This document shows positions 1 through 9,841 of a stretch of DNA of 64,000 nt, in pieces; position 1 is the first letter of the stretch; each line of letters starts with the position of its first letter. The notes beneath the pieces are model-generated. The model was not told where the DNA came from and searched no databases. It saw only the letters and a program-made list of their open reading frames with translations. The position numbers and the translations under genes are program-made. This stretch comes from Pseudomonadota bacterium (GTDB taxonomy: Bacteria; SZUA-182; DTGQ01), in assembly GCA_030625085.1 (NCBI GenBank), contig DAOURK010000004.1:9121-73120 (forward strand), in the 5' to 3' direction.

Positions 1-1013
1 ATATAGGCCTCTTCCGGACTGATCATACGTTTTTGCAAAAGATTCATAATAGCATCATCAAGTGATTGCATACCTATCTGTTTTCCTGTTTGCATAACTG
101 ATGGAAGCTGCACAGTTTTCCCCTCTCTGATCAAATTTCCAACTGCATACGTGCCGATTAAAACTTCCAGGGCAGCACAACGCCCTTTGATATCAATTCG
201 TTTGAATAGGGTCTGAGCTGCCACAGCCTTCAGTGCCTCTGAAAGGGTGGTCCTTATCTGAGGTTGCTGATGGGCCGGGAATACATCAATAATTCGGTCC
301 ACTGTTTTCGTTGCACTTTGGGTGTGCAAAGTTCCAAATACCAGATGGCCGGTTGCCGCTGCTTCCAGGGCCAAGGAAATAGTTTCCAAATCCCGCATTT
401 CACCTACCAGGATAATATCCGGGTCCTCACGCAAAGCACCCCTCAAAGCAGTACTAAAAGAACGGGTATGTGTTCCAACTTCCCGATGGTTTACAATGCA
501 TCCTTGACTTTGGTGTACAAACTCTATTGGGTCTTCAATGGTAATAATATGATCTCGCCTATTTAGGTTAGCGTGGTTGATGATCGCCGCTAAAGTGGTC
601 GATTTCCCACTGCCGGTGGGACCAGTTACTAACACCATTCCCTTATTAAGCAAGGCCAATTTCTTAAGGATCGGTGGTAAATTTAGTTGTTCTATGGTCC
701 AAATCTCAGAGGGGATCTCTCTAAAAACTGCTCCAATACCATTTTTTTGCATAAAAAAATTAGCACGGTATCGAGCCAATCCCGGAATTTCATAAGCAAA
801 ATCTATATCCCCCGTTTCTTCAAAAATCTTAATCTTCTCCTCTACTGTTATCTCATACAACATAGAGCGCAGGGTGTCATTATCAAGCACATCATACTTA
901 ATCCTCTCCATATCACCCCGGATACGCAGGATAGGTTGGGAGCCGGAAACCACGTGTAAATCGGAGGCCCCCTGCTCATGCATCAATTTAAAAAATGCAT
1001 CAATTTTGGCCAT
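1..1013 (-). CDS. pilT: PilT/PilU-family type IV pilus retraction ATPase (3' end outside the window)
   Basis: Reverse-strand reading from the ATG at 1013 gives MAKIDAFFKLMHEQGASDLHV..., Walker A GPTGSGKST, LREDPDIILVGE and GHLVFGTLHT. Missing from the ORF track because it is truncated. Confidence 0.93.
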   Translation of the reverse strand, partial: MAKIDAFFKLMHEQGASDLHVVSGSQPILRIRGDMERIKYDVLDNDTLRSMLYEITVEEKIKIFEETGDIDFAYEIPGLARYRANFFMQKNGIGAVFREIPSEIWTIEQLNLPPILKKLALLNKGMVLVTGPTGSGKSTTLAAIINHANLNRRDHIITIEDPIEFVHQSQGCIVNHREVGTHTRSFSTALRGALREDPDIILVGEMRDLETISLALEAAATGHLVFGTLHTQSATKTVDRIIDVFPAHQQPQIRTTLSEALKAVAAQTLFKRIDIKGRCAALEVLIGTYAVGNLIREGKTVQLPSVMQTGKQIGMQSLDDAIMNLLQKRMISPEEAY

Positions 1014-1417
1014 ACTCTCTCTCCCTATTAAAATAAATTCTTAAAAAAACAAACCACCCAAAACTAAAGAGGTAAAAACCTTGATATGTGTAAAATTTAA
1101 TTTTTTATGGATATATATTTATAAAATTATAATATCACAGTTATTATTAGAGTTAAATACAAATTTAATACTTCTTCCATCTAATAACCTTTTCGACAAT
1201 TTCGACGCAGTATTCAAAATTTTTTAATTGTCAATCTTTAATTTTGATATTAATCTTAATTTTGAGACGAAGATTTAAAGTCCATAACCGATCAGAAAAA
1301 TAGATGAAAAAATATCCAAATAAACTCATAGGCAAATAAAATAATAATAAATAAAAAAAATCAAAGTGTGAATAAAATTATATTGATTCTCTGTTTTTAA
1401 ATTAGGAGTTTATATTT

Positions 1418-1870
1418 ATGGAATCCGGCAAGCCTAAAAAATCTTATCTGACTACAACCCGCAGGGTTTTTACAAATAGCTTAATGGGCGGAATTATCGG
1501 GGGAGTAATTGGCTGGTTTTTATATCCCATATTCCGATTCTTGATCCCTCCTAAAAACATCAATCAGGACTCGAATATTGTTAAACTCAATGCAACCGAA
1601 ATTCCGGTTGGAAAATCTAAAATTGTCAATTACAATGAAATCCCAACCATCGTCATCCGCACAAATCAAGGTTTATTTGCCCTTACGGCCGTCTGCACCC
1701 ATCTGGGATGTATTGTGAATTGGGATGAAGTTAATCAGGAAATTGTTTGTCCATGCCATGCCGCCAAATATGACCTGAATGGCAATGTGTTGTCCGGACC
1801 GGCGCCCAAACCTTTGACCTTGGTTAAGGCCAAAATTATTGATGATAAGATATTAATCGGAGAAGCTTAG
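1418..1870 (+). CDS. Rieske [2Fe-2S] subunit of a Rieske/cytochrome b complex
   Basis: CTHLGC and CPCH boxes, GPAP motif, twin-arginine-like N-terminus (TRRVF) followed by a TM helix; AGGAG RBS. Confidence 0.93.
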   Translation: MESGKPKKSYLTTTRRVFTNSLMGGIIGGVIGWFLYPIFRFLIPPKNINQDSNIVKLNATEIPVGKSKIVNYNEIPTIVIRTNQGLFALTAVCTHLGCIVNWDEVNQEIVCPCHAAKYDLNGNVLSGPAPKPLTLVKAKIIDDKILIGEA

Positions 1871-1873
1871 CCT

Positions 1874-2968
1874 ATGGCTACTACAGCATCCAACAAAAGG
1901 AAACCAAATGAACCTCTGGGATTAAAGGGATTATTGCATTGGTTTACTCCCACAGGTTTTCGTGAGGATGTCCTTAAAAAAAGATTAAATATTAGTGAAA
2001 ACTTACTTCAAAAATTTAAACAAAATTTGCAGCCCAAAAAAAAGATCCGTTTAAGCGCCTACATTGGATGGACCATTGTCTTCGTCTTTTTAATGGAATG
2101 CTTTACCGGCATGTTTCTGATGATGTATTATCACCCTACGGTTGCCGAAGCATTCGCAAATGTTCGTTACATTACCAATATTATACCCTACGGTTGGCTG
2201 ATTAGGGGCATCCATTTCTGGGGCTCCCATATAATGATTACTCTGGTCCTCTTACATTTATTCCATACATTTTTCAAGGGGGCATACAAAGCCCCCAGAG
2301 AGATGGCCTGGCTGTCCGGGGTAATCTTACTCTTTCTTTCCCTGGCCTTTGGACTAACCGGTTATCTTTTGCCCTGGAATCAAATCTCTTTTTGGGCTGT
2401 TACGGTAGTTACCGAAGTCCCCATGGCCTTTCCCTATATTGGGCACTATCTTAAGTTGATTGCGCGTGGAGGAGAAAATGTCTCGCAGGTAACCCTGACC
2501 AGATTTTTTGCTATGCATGTAATGGCCCTGCCGGCGCTAACCACCTTTTTTCTTGTTCTCCACTTCCTGCCGATCAAAAAATACCTCATCCCCAAAGATC
2601 TCATTACTTATGCAATCGCCATTTTATTCTGTTTCGGATGCCTGATTTCTTTAGCCACCCTTTCACCGGCACCTATTCATGATAAAGCCGATCCTTTCCA
2701 TACTCCGGATAAAGTCAAAGCGGAGTGGTATTTTTTAGCTTGCCAGGAAATTTTAGCCTTAGCCGAGCATCTCGATTTCCTTGGCAGTTGGGCCCCAAAG
2801 CTTTTAGGGGTAATAATCCAGATTGTAATTATTATATTGTTATTTTTGATTCCCTTTATTGATCGAAATTCGGCACGCAATCCGAAGAAGCGACCAATAG
2901 CTATAACTTTCCTTAGTTTAAGCTATGTAGCCTTTATACTGTTAACCCTTATGGCAAAATTCAGGTAA
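1874..2968 (+). CDS. Cytochrome b (fused b6 plus subunit IV-like)
   Basis: Heme-b ligand pairs RGIHFWGSH...LLHL and AMH...VLHF; GYLLPWNQISFW; Qo motif present as KAEWY. Confidence 0.93.
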   Translation: MATTASNKRKPNEPLGLKGLLHWFTPTGFREDVLKKRLNISENLLQKFKQNLQPKKKIRLSAYIGWTIVFVFLMECFTGMFLMMYYHPTVAEAFANVRYITNIIPYGWLIRGIHFWGSHIMITLVLLHLFHTFFKGAYKAPREMAWLSGVILLFLSLAFGLTGYLLPWNQISFWAVTVVTEVPMAFPYIGHYLKLIARGGENVSQVTLTRFFAMHVMALPALTTFFLVLHFLPIKKYLIPKDLITYAIAILFCFGCLISLATLSPAPIHDKADPFHTPDKVKAEWYFLACQEILALAEHLDFLGSWAPKLLGVIIQIVIIILLFLIPFIDRNSARNPKKRPIAITFLSLSYVAFILLTLMAKFR

Positions 2969-2971
2969 TTT

Positions 2972-4288
2972 ATGAAAAGGTATTGGAAAAAAACCATAAT
3001 TGTCATTGCTATCTTTCTTTCGGCCCTTGTTCTTCTCCAAATCACTGGAGCCGAGGCCACAAAAGAAACATCCAAAAAAAAACGAAAACGCAAAAAGGGA
3101 AAAGTCACTTGTATTATCTGCCATAACCAACTGGGCAAAGAAAAAGCTGCGTGGGTCAAACAGTGGCAAGAAAGTGTTCATGGAAAAAATGATGTTACTT
3201 GTCCTGCTTGCCATGGGGGAGATCCCAGTTCCTTTAACAAGCCCAAAATCGAAGGTACAGGCTATATAGGAAAACCCTCACGTTTGGAGGTCCCAGAATT
3301 TTGTGCTCGTTGTCATTCAAATACAAACTGGATGCGACAATATAACAAACGAACCGACCAACTCTCCCAATATAAAACCAGCAAACACGGCAAAGGCCTA
3401 TTTCAAAAAAAAGATGCCCAGGTAGCAATTTGTATTGACTGTCATGGAAAACATGATATTAGTGGAATCAGCGATCCCTCCTCCTTGGCTCATCATAAAA
3501 GTATTGCTGAAACCTGTGCCGGATGCCATGCCGATGAAGATTATATGCTGCCCTATGGTTTGGTCACTAATCAGCTTGCAGCTTATAATAACAGCTACCA
3601 TGGAATGATTATAAAAGGTAAGGTGGATGGAAAAAATCCCTCACTGGTTCCCTCCTGTCCTGACTGTCACAGCCCCCACGGCGCTAAACCACCGGAAGTT
3701 GCCGAGGTCCACAATGTATGTGGAAATTGCCATATGCAAACGGAGAAATATTTCCACCAGGGAGAACATAAAACCGCCTTAGACGAACAAAACCAGCCAC
3801 GCTGCATCGATTGCCATGATTATCACGAAATTCGCTACCCCACTTCCGAGCTTTTTGTCGGAGAATCTATTTACCATTGCGGCTTTTGCCATTTAATGAA
3901 TTCTAAGCCATATTTAAAAGGTATTCGAATTAAAGAAGCTATTGAAAACGCTGAACGGGAAATAGTTAAAGTGGAAAAAATGGTCCTAAGCCTGCAGGAA
4001 GCCCCTGGGCTCGATGTTATGGATCTTAAGGAAACTATCCAAAAGGCTCGAAGAAATATACTGGAAGCCATCCCCAAAACCCACTCCTTAATAGAAGAAG
4101 ATGTAACGAAACATACGGATAGAGCCCTAGTTCTTACGGGTGAATTGCAGCAGAAAGTTGATAATATGAAAAAGGAATTTGTCACCAGGAAAAAAGGGCT
4201 TTTTGCAGCCCTAATGGTGATTGGTTTCCTTATCTGTTTTCTCCTTTACAAACGATGGCTTTTGGAATTAAAAGAGGAAGAAATGTAA
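2972..4288 (+). CDS. Membrane-anchored multiheme (9 CxxCH) cytochrome c
   Basis: CIICH, CPACH, CARCH, CIDCH, CAGCH, CPDCH, CGNCH, CIDCH, CGFCH; N-terminal signal, helical region and C-terminal TM helix. Confidence 0.9.
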   Translation: MKRYWKKTIIVIAIFLSALVLLQITGAEATKETSKKKRKRKKGKVTCIICHNQLGKEKAAWVKQWQESVHGKNDVTCPACHGGDPSSFNKPKIEGTGYIGKPSRLEVPEFCARCHSNTNWMRQYNKRTDQLSQYKTSKHGKGLFQKKDAQVAICIDCHGKHDISGISDPSSLAHHKSIAETCAGCHADEDYMLPYGLVTNQLAAYNNSYHGMIIKGKVDGKNPSLVPSCPDCHSPHGAKPPEVAEVHNVCGNCHMQTEKYFHQGEHKTALDEQNQPRCIDCHDYHEIRYPTSELFVGESIYHCGFCHLMNSKPYLKGIRIKEAIENAEREIVKVEKMVLSLQEAPGLDVMDLKETIQKARRNILEAIPKTHSLIEEDVTKHTDRALVLTGELQQKVDNMKKEFVTRKKGLFAALMVIGFLICFLLYKRWLLELKEEEM

Positions 4289-4309
4289 AACCCAGAAAAA
4301 TAAAAATAG

Positions 4310-6073
4310 TTATGTTTGATTCTGCCCAAAAATCGATTGAAAGCGATGCCAAACCTCAATATGAAACCAATTTTTTAAGATCCAGCCGACATTCATACGC
4401 CATACCTGAGTAGGCCATTCCAACTCCTTTTTTTCACAAATGGTAGACTCACTCAGTTCCCGGATATAAGATTTTAGTCCCTGCAGTTGCCTTTCTCTTT
4501 CCGCTATATCGGGTATAAGCATAATCTTATCAATTTTGTTCATGGTCTGTCTGGCTGATATCATTCGCTTTTCAGTTTTTTTGGCCTTTTTGGGATTGAT
4601 TAAACCAAACTCCGCCTTCAACCTATTTAAGGCCAATCCCGCATCATAAGAACTGTCCACAATCTGTTGGCGGGTCATCCATTTTGTTTCATAACTTAAA
4701 ACATATTTCCAACTGGGGCTTTCCATAGCCTGGCGATATTCCTCTACCGTCCGATAAAAAATTTTATAGCCGAATTTTTCGGGGTGTTCAAAGGCTTCGC
4801 TCCCGGGATCAATAAAGGGAACATAGGGCGAAATAAAGGGGATCAACCGCTTACTTTTCCCAAATCTTTCCAATAAATAACGAAAATACCTTACCGTATC
4901 CAAAACCGATTGATAGGTTTGATTGGATAAACCAATCATAAAAAAAAGGTCGATGCGCTTGCATCCCAAACGCAAGGCAGTATCCAGCATTTGCTCCATA
5001 TCTTTATTCCCGTATGGACGACCAAAAGCTCGACGAATCTGTTCATCATGTGACTCCGGAGAAATCTCAATATTAAAATGGGGAATAGCCTCGGCAATCT
5101 TGTTCAAAAAATCATCAGAGGGCGGAGTAAAAAACTCCATGGCTACAGGGTTTCGGATTTTGTGCCTTTTTAAATCATTTAACAGTTGGTAAGCATAATT
5201 TTCCCCTGCCTGCATTATATCCCCAATGATAATAATAGGGGCATTTAATTGGCGATCTATGGTTTTCAAGTCTTGAGCAAGCAGTTCCGGATCACGAAAA
5301 GCGGGTTTTTGGCGATTGCATATTTTCCGAAAGGCATAAGCAGTCCCGCCGCAAGTCTTACAACTATGCGTACAGCCGCGTACATTAAAAGCCGCCGTAG
5401 CCGGATAACTGAACCAATTTTGATAGGGAGTATACCCGCTCAAATCACGATACCGAATGACCTTTTTCATAATATGAGAATAATCGATTTTGATGTCATT
5501 CAAATTTACCGGCACATGGGTCAAGGGATTGACCCGAACACGGCACCCCTGATCCCGCCAAGTTAAATTAGGGATATTTTCTAAAGACCCACCCTTCTTG
5601 ATCATTGACAATAATTGCCTAAGCGGCTCCTCGGTGGAATCTCCTCTCATTACATAATCAATGAAAGGATAAGAGCGAATAAGTTCCTGGTGATAGTAAC
5701 TGGAAGATAAACCTCCAAAAATCAATGGTATATGGGGGTGATATTTTTTCACAATTTCGGCCAAAGCCAAACTCCCATGTACATGGGGCATCCAGTGCAA
5801 ATCGATTCCAAAGAGCAAGGGATGTAATTTCCTGATAGCCTTTTCAACATCAAATCGTTTGCTTTGCAACATCTTTAAAGCAATATTGATAATACGAACC
5901 TGATACCCATATCTATTAAGATATTCAGAAATGCTGGTAAATCCAATTGGATACATCTCAAAAATAGGGGAGGAGGGCACTAGATCGCTAATTGGCCCAA
6001 ACAAAATTGACTTTTCCCGGAAATCATAAACCGTTGGCGGATGAAGCAAAATTAAATCCGCTTCTCGTCTCAT
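4310..6073 (-). CDS. B12-binding-domain radical SAM protein (resembles TIGR04190 family)
   Basis: N-terminal cobalamin-binding-like domain (GIDLHW..., GGLSSSY) and RGCTHSCKTC CxxxCxxC motif; its start overlaps the selB stop (ATGA). Confidence 0.85.
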   Translation of the reverse strand: MRREADLILLHPPTVYDFREKSILFGPISDLVPSSPIFEMYPIGFTSISEYLNRYGYQVRIINIALKMLQSKRFDVEKAIRKLHPLLFGIDLHWMPHVHGSLALAEIVKKYHPHIPLIFGGLSSSYYHQELIRSYPFIDYVMRGDSTEEPLRQLLSMIKKGGSLENIPNLTWRDQGCRVRVNPLTHVPVNLNDIKIDYSHIMKKVIRYRDLSGYTPYQNWFSYPATAAFNVRGCTHSCKTCGGTAYAFRKICNRQKPAFRDPELLAQDLKTIDRQLNAPIIIIGDIMQAGENYAYQLLNDLKRHKIRNPVAMEFFTPPSDDFLNKIAEAIPHFNIEISPESHDEQIRRAFGRPYGNKDMEQMLDTALRLGCKRIDLFFMIGLSNQTYQSVLDTVRYFRYLLERFGKSKRLIPFISPYVPFIDPGSEAFEHPEKFGYKIFYRTVEEYRQAMESPSWKYVLSYETKWMTRQQIVDSSYDAGLALNRLKAEFGLINPKKAKKTEKRMISARQTMNKIDKIMLIPDIAERERQLQGLKSYIRELSESTICEKKELEWPTQVWRMNVGWILKNWFHIEVWHRFQSIFGQNQT

Positions 6074-8004
6074 GATGTTCCCCTTTTTTTCTTGAGAATT
6101 CTCTTATCCCCCAATCTCATGGTGAAATTTGTGGAATCAAAATATTCAAATAAAGAAATGGCATATTTTCTGGAAAAGCCGAATAAATCCTTAAAAACAG
6201 GAACGGTTATGTCCGCATTTTTTAAAAAATAGGTTTCTAATTTTTGTCGAATTTCAGATAAAATTTCTTGATGAAACAAAAGGCCTTCCTTTAACTTAAC
6301 CAACATCCCCTCATCTACTAAAAAATTTACTATTCTCAAAACATCAACCTTAGTTCCTTGACAGGATTGAAGTACATCATCCAGGTTCGGAGGCTGACAG
6401 CCTGCGCGATTATAAATACTTAATATTTTACTCTTTTGTTTCTCTTCCTCTGGAGTCAATCTAATTTTGTGAGAAAACAGACGGAGGTTTTTTTCTTGAA
6501 TGATTATTTTCTTTTGCTCTAAAAGGGCAGAAAGAATTCGGTTATAAAGCCGCGGATCTAAGTCAAGGCAGAGACGAGCCTTTAATTCTTCCTTGGACAT
6601 CCCCGCCTTTAAAGGGAATCGATGATGAAAATCAGTTAAAATTTCAATTCCCCTTTTTAATAATTCTTGAAAAAAATCTTGATGTATAACCCATTGTTCT
6701 GTATTATCAATGAAAACAATTTTCCCTCTCTTTTGTAATAGATTAAGATCACTGGTAATCTGGTCTCGATCTCTATTCAATCGAGTTTCCAATTGAAAGC
6801 CATTGATCCCGCCACGGCCTGATTGATGAATTAAAAATTCCATGGCTTGCCAATCTTCTCCCTTCTCCAAAATGCTAAGCCCTTGAATAACTTCACTGTT
6901 GAAGCGCCGATGCCTTCCGGGAAGATTATCAATTATCTTTCCTCCACCTATAGTGATAACTGGAGAATAAGACCTTACCACAAATAAGTCCCCGGCCAGC
7001 AAAGCCAATGGAGTTTCCAAATAAAACTGTACAAGAGCATCCTGGCCCGGCTCCAGTTCTTTTTTATCCAGCAAGATTACTCTGGCCATTACCTCCGAGG
7101 TTCCCGTATGAAACCTTAAACGAGTTCGATTTTTAAGTATATGTGAAGCTGAAGGTAAAAGGTGAAGACGTGCATCTAAAAGATACGTAGGCTGTAAATA
7201 AGAAGGGACAGAAATCACTTCCCCCCTGTCCAAATCTTTTCTATCCACACCCTGAAGGTTTATAGCAGTTCGCTGACCGGCTACCGCCTCTTCGACTAAT
7301 TGATTATAAACCTGAATTCCGCGAACCTTCGCCTTCTTGCCTTGGGGAAAAATTTCTATGGTCATACCTTTTTTAAGGCTTCCCGAAAGCATGGTTCCGG
7401 TAATCACTGTACCAAAGCCCTTCATGGTGAAAACTCGATCAATAGGTAAACGAAAGACTCCAGAGAGACTACGTGGCTGAACCTTGGCAGCCAAATCCTG
7501 CAACCCCGTTATAAGGGCGGGTATTCCTGCTCTTGTTTTGGATGAGACAGAAAAAATTGGAAAATTCTCTAAAAAAGACCCCTGAACAAAATCCCGAATT
7601 TCCTCTAATACCAAATCCAGCCAATCCGACTCTACAAGATCCGTTTTGGTAACCACCACCACTCCTTGGTGAATTTGCAGCAAACGACAAATATCAAAAT
7701 GTTCACGGGTCTGGGGCATAATGCCTTCGTCCGCAGCCACAATAAGCAGCAGGGCATCAATACTAGTGACTCCGGCCACCATATGCCGTACAAACCTTTC
7801 ATGCCCAGGCACATCAATAATACCGAGCCGACGCCCATTAGGTAAATCCAGATGAGCGAATCCCAATTCAATAGTGATACCCCGCTCTTTCTCTTCCTTT
7901 AACCGATCAGTGTCAACACCGGTCAAAGCTTGAATCAGGGCTGTCTTCCCATGATCTATATGTCCGGCTGTTCCAAGGATAATCCATTTATCCGAGTTAG
8001 GCAC
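6070..8004 (-). CDS. selB: Selenocysteine-specific elongation factor SelB
   Basis: [33 protein letters not shown]; C-terminal winged-helix region ([13 protein letters not shown]). GTG start. Confidence 0.96.
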   Translation of the reverse strand: MPNSDKWIILGTAGHIDHGKTALIQALTGVDTDRLKEEKERGITIELGFAHLDLPNGRRLGIIDVPGHERFVRHMVAGVTSIDALLLIVAADEGIMPQTREHFDICRLLQIHQGVVVVTKTDLVESDWLDLVLEEIRDFVQGSFLENFPIFSVSSKTRAGIPALITGLQDLAAKVQPRSLSGVFRLPIDRVFTMKGFGTVITGTMLSGSLKKGMTIEIFPQGKKAKVRGIQVYNQLVEEAVAGQRTAINLQGVDRKDLDRGEVISVPSYLQPTYLLDARLHLLPSASHILKNRTRLRFHTGTSEVMARVILLDKKELEPGQDALVQFYLETPLALLAGDLFVVRSYSPVITIGGGKIIDNLPGRHRRFNSEVIQGLSILEKGEDWQAMEFLIHQSGRGGINGFQLETRLNRDRDQITSDLNLLQKRGKIVFIDNTEQWVIHQDFFQELLKRGIEILTDFHHRFPLKAGMSKEELKARLCLDLDPRLYNRILSALLEQKKIIIQEKNLRLFSHKIRLTPEEEKQKSKILSIYNRAGCQPPNLDDVLQSCQGTKVDVLRIVNFLVDEGMLVKLKEGLLFHQEILSEIRQKLETYFLKNADITVPVFKDLFGFSRKYAISLFEYFDSTNFTMRLGDKRILKKKRGTS

Positions 8005-8124
8005 TTATCTTCACTCTCCTCAGTCTTCTTTTTTATATACCATTGTTCCGAAAATTAAATGATCTTTCCATGATTTATGTGCCCTTTTAAGGGCGAAGAT
8101 TTGTTAACCTTTTATTTTGACTAG

Positions 8125-8255
8125 GAGGCTGTCCAAGAAAGCCTCTTTCTGTCATTTCGACCAAAGGGAGAAATCTAAAAAAAAATTATTTTCAATACGA
8201 TAAGATTTCTCGCTACGCTCGAAATGACAACTTTGATCAGTTCTCGGAAAGCCTC
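8125..8255. mobile_element. About 131-bp MITE-like palindromic element (family A)
   Basis: Outer imperfect IR GAGGCTGTCCAAGAA...TTCTCGGAAAGCCTC flanked by CTAG/CTAC; inner IR TGTCATTTCGA...TCGAAATGACA and GAGAAATCT...AGATTTCTC; a second, inverted copy starts at 50606. Confidence 0.75.
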
Positions 8256-8328
8256 CTACTAGTTCGACTTTGGGGTTTAAGTCTTTGAATTCAAAATTTT
8301 TTTAAACGGCTAAAGCTTATTAGGATAT

Positions 8329-9750
8329 CTAGATAAAGGTCAGTGCCTGCCTGACGTTGTTGATAATTTCTTGGATATCCTCCTGTTGAATAGTATGAAG
8401 ATTTAACCTGAATTGATTTTGATGAATACGTCCTAAAATCGGGGGAGACCCCAAGCGCAATTGCTCTGCCAATTGATTAATTCCTCCCCCATTCAAAGAG
8501 ATAGATACTGACAGGGATGAGATTTTTTGTATAGAAAAAGCACCGCCGCCGAGCTCTGCTTTGTCATCAATAATTTCTATATGTATCTGTCTGCCTTGCA
8601 AATCTTGTAATCCCTCTAAAATTTGTTTCCCCCTTTTTTCCAGACTCTTTCGGGAAGCAGTGATCATTTGCAAACAAGGAATTTTTTGCACTGCATCCGG
8701 TTCTTGATAAATCTTTAAAGTATTTTCCAGACTAAATAAGGTCATTTTATCCGGCCGCAGAGCCCGGGCCAAAGGATTTCCCCGTAAAGCTTTTGCATAT
8801 TTTTGTTTACACAAAATAATCCCCGCCTGGGGGCCCCCTAAAAGTTTATCTCCACTAAAGGTTATAATATCCGGACCCTGTTGAACAACCTGAGAAACTA
8901 CCGGCACTTTCAGGCCATATGGTGCTAAATCCAACATTACACCACTTCCAAGATCATAAATAACCAATAGCCCTTGATCCTGCCCCAAAGCAACTAATTC
9001 TGAGAGCGAAACTTCTTCAGTAAAACCAAGGATTTGAAAATTACTGGGATGTACTTTTAGAATGGCTATACTTTCCGGATTGATAGCCCTTCGATAATCT
9101 TTAAGGCGAGTTTTATTGGTAGTGCCAACCTCAACTAGGCGAGCTCCCCCCTCTTTGAGAATCTCCGGGATCCGAAAAGAGCCCCCTATCTCGACCAATT
9201 CCCCACGGGAAACGATTACCTCCTGGGATTTAGCCAGGGTGTTAAGGGCCAATAAAACTGCCGCTGCATTATTATTTACTACCAAAGCATCTTCGGCGCC
9301 AGTAATTTGACGAAGCAGATGAACAATGGACGCCCCTCTTCTTCCTCTTTTCCCACTGAGAAGATCAAACTCAAGGTTTGAGTAATGGCTGGAAATAATC
9401 GATAATTTTTTCACAACTGCTTCAGGCAAAACAGCACGGCCTAGATTGGTGTGAAGAATAATTCCGGTCCCATTAATTACTTTGCCCAACTCAGAAAAAC
9501 GAATATTTTGAATATAGTGCTCAAGCTCATCTAAAAGGGAACCTATATCAACATGAAGTTCTTGCAGTTTATCCGGCTCGTTTTGAGATAAAATCCATTT
9601 TCTTTTCTGATCAAGAACTTTTCGAACACCTTCAACTAAAGCCCTTCTCGAACAATGAATAGACCTCCCTTCAGTCAATTCGTGATTCAAAATTGATTCA
9701 ACCGAAGGAATTGACCTCAAACAAATATTTTTTAGATCATTCAACTCCAT
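8329..9750 (-). CDS. selA: L-seryl-tRNA(Sec) selenium transferase
   Basis: VINGTGIILHTNLGRA, VNNNAAAV, SRGELVEIGGSFRIP, FSGDKLLGGPQAG (PLP lysine). Confidence 0.96.
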   Translation of the reverse strand: MELNDLKNICLRSIPSVESILNHELTEGRSIHCSRRALVEGVRKVLDQKRKWILSQNEPDKLQELHVDIGSLLDELEHYIQNIRFSELGKVINGTGIILHTNLGRAVLPEAVVKKLSIISSHYSNLEFDLLSGKRGRRGASIVHLLRQITGAEDALVVNNNAAAVLLALNTLAKSQEVIVSRGELVEIGGSFRIPEILKEGGARLVEVGTTNKTRLKDYRRAINPESIAILKVHPSNFQILGFTEEVSLSELVALGQDQGLLVIYDLGSGVMLDLAPYGLKVPVVSQVVQQGPDIITFSGDKLLGGPQAGIILCKQKYAKALRGNPLARALRPDKMTLFSLENTLKIYQEPDAVQKIPCLQMITASRKSLEKRGKQILEGLQDLQGRQIHIEIIDDKAELGGGAFSIQKISSLSVSISLNGGGINQLAEQLRLGSPPILGRIHQNQFRLNLHTIQQEDIQEIINNVRQALTFI

Positions 9751-9841
9751 AATGCCCTAAGATATCACAGCCCAGATAAAATCTCAAGGGATTTATCCCT
9801 TTGTAAAGGCGTAAAGTCCCTAAAAATCAAACGTATACCTA

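Noticed and set aside
264-959. Plus-strand ORFs at the window start and the many short ORFs nested in long genes
   Set aside because: Antisense or off-frame shadows of pilT and other well-supported genes.
8005-8328. tRNA-Sec (selC) between selA and selB
   Set aside because: The structured sequence is the family A repeat; no cloverleaf with a TCA anticodon could be built.
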